Assembly: GCA_964234715.1 (NCBI GenBank)
Contig: OZ174280.1
Source of the DNA: Podarcis melisellensis
Lineage: Eukaryota
DNA length: 64,000 bases
Strand: one strand, 5' to 3'
Part shown: piece by piece, positions 37,501 through 49,500 of the stretch
How the letters are laid out: every line of letters starts with the position of its first letter
Numbering within the stretch: the stretch's first letter is position 1
Made by a program: the position numbers and the translations under genes
The notes under the pieces: model-generated
The model's database searches: none
Seen by the model: the letters and a program-made list of their open reading frames with translations, nothing else
What the model was told of the DNA's origin: nothing

Positions 37501-40500
37501 AACCCCAAAACGGGGGGCAGGATTACCCACAGCAATGGAGACAGGAGGTGTGGTGGAAAGGGAGGGGAAAAACACCAACCTGGGGTGAAGGCAGGGACCC
37601 AAGCTCAATAGTGCTAGGAGAGAAACCAAAACCAGAGGTAATGGGAAGGAGGAAAACCAACACAGCAAACTGCAGGGAGCAAACCTCTATGTTAGTGGGG
37701 GTAATGAGTGGGTTCACATCCAGGGGAGTAAGTGTTCTGGTGGGTGCCAGAGGGGCACCAAGCATTAGGAAACAGCAGCTGATGGGCCAGGCAGAGGAGC
37801 TAATAAAGGGATGAAAGATGTGGAACTGTGGTGGAAGCAAGTAGCTGGAGGAGGGGAGGAAGAGTTGCTGGGAGGGGTCCAGCCACAGGAAGAAAGGAGA
37901 AGTGGTGGAAAGCCACAGTGATTGATAGCTGGGGGTGCATTCAGAAGGCTGCAGAATTCCGCAGGATTTGCTAATGTTCTGGGCTGAAAAATCACTTGCC
38001 TGTGCAGCCTCCATCATCCTCCCATTCCATACCCTGCCAGGGGTTTCTGCCCAGCAACATCTTCTACCATGGGCAGCTTGTGATGGGTTGCACTGCTTTG
38101 GTGATTTTCTTATGGGATCAAGTCATGGAAGCACCAGTGTCTCATCTTCAGCTTTTTGAACACCCATTTGATCACCACATGGGTGGTACAGTGTGCCCTA
38201 TAATTTTGCCTATCTGGAGTTACAGAGAAAGTGGCACATACGTGCATTTGAGAGGATTGGCTCCCTCTGCCTCCACCATTGCATGACAGGTTCCACCTGC
38301 AAGCTGTGGAATGACACCTTTGGTGCCATCAGGAAATGAGCCTGGGAACGAATCTGCTCTGGTGCGATATTAATGGAGGCTTTGAACAAAGCCTTGGGGG
38401 CAGGTAAGAAGATCCTTGCCCATACCCCATCAAAGACATGGACAACAGCCAGAGTGATATCAGTGGCCTCGATTCCCAGGGATCTTGCAGGGGAGGTGGT
38501 GGTGCAGTGCCAGCACCAGTGGAGGAAGGTGTGGCTGTGGCTGTGGCTAAGGCTATGGAGGCTGTCCAACCAGCTCAGCCTCTCCCCAATGTATCCCAGA
38601 GGTGGGTGTGCATTCTCTTTGTGGATGAGTTGCATCCTTTCTGCACTCTGGTTTCAGTGAGTATGTCTCGGGAGAGTTGCCAGGCACAAAGATCAGCACC
38701 ATGGACAGCACTTGAGCTGTCTTCTGCTCACATGCATGCTGCGCCTCTGAGGCCCAGTAGCCCTCATGGACATGGTGGTTGGCCTCCCCCTTGCTGCCTT
38801 GCTGGGCGCTGTGGCTGCCATTCAACAGGGTAGGTCTGCACAAGATCCTGAGATGCCACTGTCTCAACCACCCAACAGACCCAGACCAGCACTTAGGCCA
38901 CCTATGGACCTGGACCATAGGAGACTAAGGAGAGGATGACCCTCATATGGGAGTGAGAGAACAATGAAACTCCTAGCAGCTTGGGAGGGGGCAGGCCCAA
39001 TCCAGGGAATGTTGGGGTGAATCATGGGGGCAGTACCCTCTCCAATGCTAAGGATTTGTCTTTGGAGGGCAGCAGCAGGGAGTGGAAAGGGGTGATCAGC
39101 AGTGACAGCAGGCTTCGTCTTGGGGACACTGCACTGTTGGTGGGTCATTGTCTGCTGGAGGTGAGGGATGCAGGAAGAATGGGAGGTGGCTTTGGAGGAC
39201 GAGGCTACAGACAACTTATTTGGATGAATCAAGAGTGAACTAAGATGCTACAAACTTACAGATCAACTTTAGACAAGCATTCGATCAAGGAATTAAGCAT
39301 ATAAATCATGAAGCAGGGTTGTTAAGGTCTGGTGAATCTGTACAGATTTTTCTTTTCCTTACATGACCACCTTAAATGAAGTTTCTCCAGCTGTGGTTGT
39401 GTCCTCCCTGCAGAAACACATCTCCTCAAATGCAATATTCCTCTAACAATAATACCTCTCAAATTCCATGTCACTATCCTGGAGTTTTGGTTGTTCCTTT
39501 CAGAACATAAAGCTTAAGAGGGCTGTTTTGCCTGACTTGCTTTTCAGCTGGAATGTAAAGCTTCAAATCTACACTCACCAAAATTCTTTCTACTTAATTG
39601 CATCTGCACCCCAGCCTTTTCCCAAGGAGCTTAGGTTGGCATACATGGCTGTCCACCCCCATTTTACCCAGCTATCCCTTAAGGTCAAGACAGTGACTTG
39701 TGCAAGGTCCACCCAGGGAGCTTCATGGCTAAGTGTGGCTTTGGACTTGGATTTCCCTGTTCCTGGTTGGATTTTTAACCACGTTGGCTTTCAGTGCCTC
39801 TCTCCTGTGTTCTCTTCTGCACTGACAGTGATCCCACATTCACATAATTAGCACAAAGGTGCAAAGCCTTTTTAAATATACTGTGTGTAATGTGGGTGTG
39901 CTAATGTCTGCATATGAGTAAGGTGACGTGGAGGAGGAACCTAACCCTTACCTTTTGTTTTGGAGCAGCCTGCCAGTGCATTTAATTAGAAACCATGCAT
40001 CTTGGAAAATTCATGTGGCGTGCCTATATTCTTCCTTGCTGCTAGTCTGTTAATAGGAGGCAATGCAAACCTGCCCCTGTGTCTGTTCTCCCCAGGTCAG
40101 GAAGGCTTAGAAGGGAACTGGTGTGGGGGCCTCCAGTTCTGAGGCAGAGATATCCAGAGCCAATGGCTCTTCATGGTCACTGGCAATGTGGAGATCTTCT
40201 GAAAGATGCTGGTCCTCTTTTGAAGAATCCAGGTCTGCGGTCTGGGCACGGCTGACTCCTGACTCCTCTCACACATTGCACTCTACAAAGATAGGCCTGT
40301 ACTGTAGCTTTCTATGTTGTCAGTAGAACAGGAGTCTCTGTTCTGGTCCATTGGTGAAGATTGGAAGCCAACATACCACCTTGACCTCAATTTAGATAGC
40401 TGTCCTAGCTGCCACAGTAGCACTAGCTGATCTCTGCCATAGCCCAGTCACCTGGAGTTGAGTCATTCCTGTTTTGAGATTACTTGTACTTTTTAATCCT

Positions 40501-43500
40501 GATAGGAAAATGGATGTTAAGCCTAAAACTGTTTTAGTGAGGGTATTTGGTGAAGCCTGGATTTGAAGGGGTACAGTGTGTTAGCTCTGCTTTACAAGCT
40601 CTGGGGCTTTAAGTCTGTCCATTGGCCTCAAATGCCCTGATGAGTGGAGCCAAGGACTGCCACCTTGTTTTCCTGCCTGGTGCTTTAATCATTTTGATGC
40701 TGAAGATAAGCTAGCTGAGACTCGTCAGGCAGAAGACGTCCTTTAAAGAGTGTTTTTTGCTAAAAAAACTCAACACCATGGTGCTGAAAAGTGTTTGTGC
40801 AACTTGCAAATGTAACCTACTTCTCATATCACTTAAATTATTCATCAAACTTCTAAGCACAGTTGTAGAAGCAGAGGGGCAGATTATTACCATTGCTGGT
40901 TCGTCTCATTAAGTAAAGGTCTGTCTGGTTCCTCCAGTTTGCCTTAGATCCAGGATACCTTTAATGGAGTGGTGGCAATGATGCATGTGAAAGGTTCTGA
41001 GTTCCTCTTGCTGAAAAGAACAGGAGCAAGTGGCCTTTTTGTTTTCATAAATGTGTATGAAATCCCAAAGTATGCAGTTTATAGTATGTATTTTTAGCTT
41101 TTATCTCTCTTCTGCTGCAAAGTGAATAAGATCCTTGCATATTTTTTCAGACTGAAAATGATGAGCTGAGGGGAAAGAATGGGCTTCACAGGCTGTGGAA
41201 CACATCTGATTGATCAGGAAGTGTAATTTTGGGGGATGGAGGGTTGTCTTAAGTCTGGAAGAAAACAGGCAGGTATAATATGAAGGGGGGGAGAACGGGG
41301 TTGAAGAAGAACAGATGGTAAGAGAGGCATGTGTAACTAGATGACAATGAGGACCTCACAAATACACAGAGAGAAAGAGACTTATAGTTCTTTCCCCTCT
41401 CACCACCACCACCCACCGTGGTTTTCTCTCCTCTGCCCCTCCTTCATGCTTGTCATTTGTCAGAGAAGCTAAAGGCGCCTCTTACCTTTCATTTCCGGGA
41501 GTCTTTACAGCCACCTTCACCCCATTACTGTCTGCACATCAGCGCAGGGCAAATCAGCATCGTTACCCTTGGCCATGTTTTCCTGCTTCCACCTCCATCC
41601 AGTTTTATCACCCAGAGTGACACTGTTTGTCATTAGAAGCAAGCATGATGATAATCACCACAATTTCTTTTATTTCTTTCTGAATTAAGTAAACTGATGA
41701 TGTGTGAAATTAAACCAAGTTTCCCTTAGGGCAGCATCATCAACCTTGAGATCCTGTCTGCCCCTCTAAAGTTTGAGACCCTGCATGTTCCACCACCGAC
41801 TGCTTTGCCCGTCCTTTCCCCTTCTTGCTATGATTCTGATTTTACTCCATAGTAGGCAAAGAAACAGGGTAGGGAAGAGAACTAGGACTGGGCTAAGAGG
41901 CACAAGAGATTCATCATCTGCCCCTGTCTTGGAGCATGTGAAGGATATAGATGGAAGTTTTGGGTTAACACCTGTCCACTTTGGTTCTTACCTCTGCTTG
42001 CTGCCTTTTCATTTTCCCACTCCCTTTAATGAGAGAATAAACGGCACATCTCCAGCTTGTAAATTTGGGTTTTTTTTATTTGAATGGCATGACAGGGACA
42101 TTCCACTATCCCCCCCCCAGGTTATAAGACCTGCCAAATTTCAACCAGATTGGCAAAGGGTCTCCATTTTAGTTAAGACCCCCGCATTCCTATTTCACCT
42201 TTGCCTTACATTACAACAGATGTAAAATAAGGGTGGGTGCATTTCTTTTTTCTTCTTCAGTTGCTTTAGAAATGATTGCACAAAACAGAACCTGTAATTG
42301 CATATATCATTCTGCAGCCTCATGCTGTGGCTTAGCATATAATGAGAGTGTGATATACAGGGAATATACTGACCATTGTGGAGTAGACTTGAATACGTCA
42401 GTATAAAATGCCAACATGGCTCAACTAAGTGCAGCCTGCTTAAGTGTTGTTGATCTCCAGATAAAATCAAACCTGGCACAGACTTATCTGGAGATCATGC
42501 AGTTTCTGGGCAATTTTGTATATTAGCTACAATGGTGGAACGAATCCTTCATAAATATTACACCCATATTTCAGTGGAGACGTAACATCTGGCATTTGTG
42601 CTTTTAGCTTTCTTACCCATCTCTCCTGTTAATGTAACTCTCTTGTAATGTTTAGGGAGTGTCTGTTCTCTGGAACTGTACAGTAGCACTCCCTTAACGG
42701 CTGGGCTTTTCTCTTTGTTCTGTTCCAGGTCAACGTGGAGTCTTAAGGGAGATTACATTGCCTCCAACACAGATGAGTGCACAGCCACTCTGGTGTATGC
42801 TGTTAATCTGAAGCAATCTGGCACTGTCTCCTTTGAGTATATCTACCCAGACAGCAGCATCGTCTTTGAGTTCTTTGTATGTTTCCTATAACTCAATCTA
42901 CCTTGCTAATATTGCATGCAAAGTGAGGGAGGATTTCTTCTGGGCACTGTCTTTACCTATATGACCACCTCTGCACTAGTTTTCACTTTCTGGGCCTATC
43001 TGAAAAATGAGTGTTGCATCTTGTTGCAGTCAAGGACAAGGATTCCTGGTATTTAAACCAGAAAACATGGAAGGAGGTTCGTTTTTGTGTTGCTGGCAGT
43101 TCATTTAGCCTCCCACTGAACTGTTCCTTCTTGGACTTCATCTGGTGACAAATGAATTTTGGCAGCACTTATTTTTGCAGTCCTTTCAAGATACAGTGGT
43201 TTCCCTTCTTTAGCGCTTCAAAGATAATGATGCTCATTTAAAACCAACAGCATTATTACTTTGGCATCTCCTCTCCTCCCTATTCACTACAATACAGTAG
43301 GCAAGAAGACTTTCCCAACATTTATACCATCTCCAGGACCATTAACATATACCACTGTGTTCTTTAAAGTGCACTTCAGATAACTTAACAACTCTGAAGT
43401 GTATTGAGGTGCATTTTATCACAATGTCTTTCATAGAAGTGGCTCTTCCTCTACATTGCTTTAAGAAAGTGGGTAGATACAGGAACGGTTGCCTTGAGTG

Positions 43501-46500
43501 CCAAAATGGACACAAAACCATTTAACTTCTTAAAAATCTCTGAACAATGTGCTCTAGGTTTGCTGCTGGAGGATGAGTTAGGGCACTTTCTCCATCTTGT
43601 ACTTTGTAGGAGTCCAGAGAAACCTACAGCAGCCTATCTTTCCAGCTTTTAAAGCTGTGCATACATTCTCTCTACACTACAGCATTAGAACTTGGTCCTA
43701 CCAAAGAGTTTTGCCCTCCAGCAGCAAAAATGTTAATTTTACTGTGATATCTTAAGCTGACTACTACAAATCAACTTATTTACCCCGTGCATCCTCATCC
43801 CAGGTTCTCATTTGTTGCAGATTCAGAATGACCAGTGCCAGCCAACCGTAGAGGAGTCACGATGGATGAGAACCACAGAGAAAGGGTGGGAGACGCACAC
43901 TGTAAGTGCACAGAGCTCCTTAACTGTGCTTATGGCCAGCAGGGGCTTGGAGAAGGAGACCTGTGTGTGCTTCTGGGACTCAGTACTGAAGTCCCAAACG
44001 GTACAGCCTTTCAGTATCAGCTGGGACTTGAACTGTCTGTGCTTTGAACATTTGCAGGTGGAGCTGAGTCAGGGCAACAATGTTCTGTTTTGGAGAACGA
44101 CAGCCTTCTCTGTGTGGTCCAAAACTCCCAAGCCTGTGTTGGTGAGGAACATTGAGATTACAGGTTTGTGTTTGGTTGGTGCATGTCTCAGGTCTGATGC
44201 CACTATGCAAGCTGTTGTTGTGCCCAGCAGCGGCTAAAAGGTTTTCCCCCCTCTCTTGCACTGCTATCCAACCTCACCCCTTTCCTCCCCCCTGTTCCCT
44301 AGGAGTAGCCTTCACTTCTGAATGCTTTCCCTGCAAGGCAGGCACCTACACAGCCAAATTAGGTTCTTCCTTCTGCCAGCCATGCCCAGCAAACTCCTAC
44401 TCCAGCAAAACAGCTACTTCCTGCCACCAGTGCGAGCCAGCAATGTACTCAGGTAAGCACCTTAGCTAATTATCGGAAAACTTATGAAGAAGGCTGATTT
44501 ATGACTTTGGAGTATAGGAAGCTGCTTTTATAAGGAGTCCATCTTGCTCAATATTGTCTACACTGACTGGCAGTGGCTCTCCAGGGTTTCAGGCAGGAGT
44601 CTCTCCCAGCCCTCCCTGGGGATGCTGGGGATTGAACTTGGGACCTTCTGTATGCAAGGCAGGGGCAGTACCACTGAGCTATGATCTATTCCCATAGCTT
44701 TACTAAGCAAAAGTATCCCGTATCCCCAGCCGTTTGCCCAGCTTCCAGATGAATATGCTACCTAAACCTTCCTGCCAGCTTAGAACCCATTGCGCCTGCG
44801 CCGACAAAGAAAATCCAATTGCTCTCCTTTCTCCTCTTCAAAAATGTAATTAATGTAGCCATGTTCTTTCCCCTGTTTCTGTAAGAGGCTAAGTCTGCAG
44901 TGTTGGGTACTGATTTTGCTTTGGCTTGTAATGATTTGGCATCAACCCTCTGATCACACACACACACACACACACACCATTTTCTTTCTCCCAGTAACAT
45001 TCACAAGCATGTGAAATTGAGGGGGAGAGGAGGGAGAAGAGTAAGTGAAGATGAAACCAAAAGCCTGGGGTAGCCAGTGTAGTGCCCACCCAGATGAGCT
45101 TCAATCTGCCCAAACCAGCATAGACAGTGGGTCAAAGATGATGGGAGCTCCTGGGAGACAGCCCATTAGCTATCCTTGCCAAAAGCTATTTCTAAGCAGT
45201 TTCCATTAACACAAGCACCAAGACATATTGTTTTAACTTCCTCCTACCTTATTGATAGCGAGGCATTTAAAAGTGCAGTTATTTAAATTCCCTTCATCAT
45301 TGGAGGGTGTTGGCATGCTTAGAAGCATTTATTATTGCAAGCTGGAAGCATAGGGAACCCCCCCAGGTTTTCCATGCTCACTTGGGTGCCATTTTCCTTC
45401 TTCCCTGGGCATTTGATAAGTTTGAGAAAGTTGTGGGGTGGGGGGGTGGGGACTGGCAAGCAAGATTACTCGCAATGGTGGAGAAATTAGCCCAGGCTGG
45501 ATCTATATGAGCTTTGGAAAATTACTGGGGAAATCTTGAGCTTTTTCAGAGAATTCCCCAAACGAAAGTTTGGAAAGATCTAGCCCATTAAATGTAGGCA
45601 CATTTTTATCCTCTCCATGGAAAGTAGGTCTAAGTCTCAAGCAGATTTTTGATCCATAGTTCTGTGTTTTTGGAGGAATTTTACACAGCTGGATTTGGGG
45701 CATCGTTCTCATGTATTGCTCTCTGCATAATGAGGGGTATGTTTTGTTAGGGCCTTCATGCTTTCAGCATAATTTGCTCAGTTCTATGGAACTCTGCCTT
45801 GCAGAAAGACTTGGAAAGTTACTTTCAAATTACAGGCTCATAGCAGTTTCATTCCTCTTTGTGGTTGCTTAGAATCACAGAATTGTAGAGTTTGAAGGGA
45901 CCACAAGGGTCATTTAGTCCAACCCCCTGCAATGCAGCAATCTTTTGCCCAGCATGGGGCTTGAACCCATGACTCTTGAGATTAAGAGTCTCATGTTCTA
46001 CCAAAACAAAAAAAAAAAATTTCCTTCCAGTAGCACCTTAAAGACCAACTAAGTTAGTTCTTGGTATGAGCTTTCATGTGCATGCACACTTCTTCACTAC
46101 TGGAAGGAAAAAATTTTTTTTGTTTTGACTATGGCAGACCAACACGGCTACCTATCTGTAACATGTTCTACCAACTTAGCTATCTCAGGCTTGCATCATA
46201 TCTGGCGAGTGCAGTATCTGTTGTCTGTTCCCCTATAAGAAGTGGCAGCAGTTGTCACATCAGACTGCGGCATTTTGATTGGTTGCTGTCGTGCAGGAAG
46301 ACTTTGACTTGATCAGCTTCAAAACCTTATGCTTGAAGCATTTTACCAGGCTGCTGGAAACTATAGGGTGAAACAATGGGCCTTGGGTTTCCCCTTTCCT
46401 CCATGGGGAAGTGAGTATTCAACTTAATGACAAAATGCTCCATCTTCAGGGCAAAATCCCTGCAATTTTCTCATCAATTGCTGCCACTTTTTCTTACCCT

Positions 46501-49500
46501 AAAAAGGCTGGGAACTGCCTGCTCCTTTAACATAATACAAAAACGTGTTCTTTGTTCCCATCAGATTCAATTGTCTTAAGCAAATACGAGGCAAATGACT
46601 TCTAACAATTTCTAGGAGAACAAATGTTGGAACTGAAGCCTGAAACGACCTGTACATCTGCAAACATGCACAGACTGCCCTTCTCATTGCTCTGGTTAAA
46701 TACACTGAATAGATTTATGGTAGCCGTGATTAGTACCTGCTACACAGAGATAAAATATGGGCATGTGTGTGAGATGGGCATGGCACCTTTCTGAAGTTCC
46801 TGCTGAGTTGTTGCTAGATTGATTCTTTCATGCTCACGTGGTTTTAACCATTGTTTCCTCTTTTCAATAAAGAACCAGGTTCAGCATCATGCAAGCCACG
46901 CCCAGCTTGCACAGATAAGGATTATTTTTATACTCATACAGCCTGTGATACCAATGGAGAGGTAATTCACCTTCTGGATTTCCTTGTTTGTGATGGTGGC
47001 ATTTAAATAGTGAAAATTTCTTGTTTAGCTTTTTGACGTACACGGCTATAGAGCTTACCTTTAACGGAAAAGACCGTACTGCAAAGCATTGTACATGCTT
47101 TAATAAGCAGGGATATAAGGAGTCACTGAGCATGCAGGAATATAAAGGAGTCAGGCCCTGAAGATGGCATGGCTGGCTAAGCCTACCCACCTCTTTTAAT
47201 AAGCAGAACCCACAGCTGCTGGTTTATCCTTATTAGAAGAGGTGTGTGGTCCTGAAAAGGCCTCACCTCCTTGTCTACCTCAGGAAGAGGGAAGTGGCAT
47301 GAACCTGCAGGCTTCCTTCTCTTGGTGGTGGTGTGTAGGGACGAAGGAGAGAAACTTGTTCTTCCCATCATCATGCCACCACCACCAAGAGAAGGAAGCC
47401 TAAATGGGACACAAAGGGGAGAAACACTTTCTCCCCTTGTGTCCTGTCTCAGAGAAGGAAGCCTGTGCAGGATTCCTTGCAGTGACAGACTTTGGGGTCT
47501 CCTGCCCTCTGGGGCAAAATGTATCATGCCGGCACTGGCACCTGGTCACTGTGAAAGCAGAATGTTGGGGTAGTTGGGTCAATTCAAGCAAGGCTCTTCT
47601 TATCACTGCTGTGTGCAAAGAGCACCCCCATGTGGACCATTTCATACTGACAGTATATTACTAAACTTGGGGAGGGAACTCAGAACACCCGGGAGTAAGA
47701 GGAGGAGGAGCTAATATGTCGGGGCTTCTTTCCTGGAATATCCTCATAATGCTTTTTGCAGATGGGCAGAGAGCCTGTGTAATTGTTGTTCATGTAAAGA
47801 GATATCTAGGCATTGCACAGCTTTTTGCGGATTTAAGTGTAGAAATGTTTGCTCCTATCTCTTTCTTATATCAACAGACTCAGTTAATGTATAAGTGGGC
47901 TGAACCAAAGATCTGCAGCGAGGAGCTCCCCGGTTCTGTAGAATTGCCTGCTTCTGGCATAAAAACTACATGCCCACCTTGCAATCCTGGTTTTTTCAAG
48001 ACAAACACCAGTTCCTGCGAGCCCTGCCCATACGGATCATATTCAAATGGGTCTGGTAATGCTGTTCTGTTATTTCCTTCTTGGCTGGCCAAATTGTCAC
48101 ATGAATTACTTTCTTTAAAATGTTTCAATGAATAGGGACCTGTGCAGTGTCAGTGGGGATGCATACAGGAAACCTGAAGTTATTGATTTGGAGCTGATGT
48201 TATTTATGCTTACTGCGTTCAGAGGTGGCATAAAAAGGAGCCAAGTCTTTGTGTGAGCTCTTCATTTTCCTATTCTTTGTTGCTGCTGATAATTCCACAT
48301 TCTTGCCAATGGCAACAGAGTTGTGAGGTGGGATACAGCTCATGGAACTGGCTGCTTTGTCCTTACACAGATAGATCCTCTTTGTCACTTACTTGATTAA
48401 AAACAGCAACAACAAAAATGCATGATATGGCACTCCCCTTCTATCAGGAAATTCATTGGTAATTTGCAGAGGCGGCTACCAGCCCTATTCTTAGGGTTTG
48501 CTTACCCAACCACTTTTGCAAATGGAAGAATCAATATGCAATGACTCTCCTGGTAAAGGCCTGCAAGGTAATATTATCCTGTGGTAGCAGTATAAGTCCT
48601 GGAAAACACTTTTTTTCTAGCATATTTCAAGATACCGCAAAATAGTGGCTAGACCACACCGGGCCATTTTGCCACTTTAGTATCAAGTGGGAAAGCTCTG
48701 CCCAAGGGGATTTTTCCACCTGAAAAATGTGTGCAGTATATGTTCAGTAGGCATGTACATGTGCACACCTCTGAAGCATGTTGCTGCCAAGCATGCCTCT
48801 ATATAGGTTATTCTCATTCTTTGTTTCAGAAAGGGCTGCTAGCGCCCACCAGCCACCTAGTGACGGCCTTCCACATGGGAGTTCATTCCTCCTCCCGAGT
48901 TCCAGCATTGTAATGTTGCTTCCTTCTGTTCTCAGGTTGCATCAACTGCACCGTTGGGACTGAACCAGCTCTAGGCTTTGAATACAAATGGTGGAACACG
49001 CTGCCAGCAAACATGGAGACGACGGTCCTCAGTGGAACCAGTTTTGAATATAAGGGAATGGCAGGTATCTTCATGGGCACATATTAACCCGAGGTGTTGG
49101 GGCAGTTCTTGCATGGGTGGGCACTGTCATATTGTGATGTCTCTTGCCCCTGCAAGCAGTGGGGAAGTTCACAGCACAGTGACTCTCATTCCACTTGTAC
49201 TGTCAGATGTTGCCAGATCAAAGAGAGGGGAGACACGGGGCTGCCTGCTTTCAGCAGCCGTCATGCTAAATTGTCTAGTTCTGGCCTCAGGCAACTGGAC
49301 TTCCCGTGTCTCTAAGAAGTATGTAAGTGTTTATAGAGCTATGTATTTAATGATATCCAACTGAAGTAATGCCCTTTCACTGAATGGAGATGGTGTTCTG
49401 TTTGCTGTTTCAGGGTGGGAAGTAGCTGGTGACTACATCTACACAGCAGCAGGAGCCTCTGACAATGACTTCATGATACTGACACTGGTGATTCCTGGGT

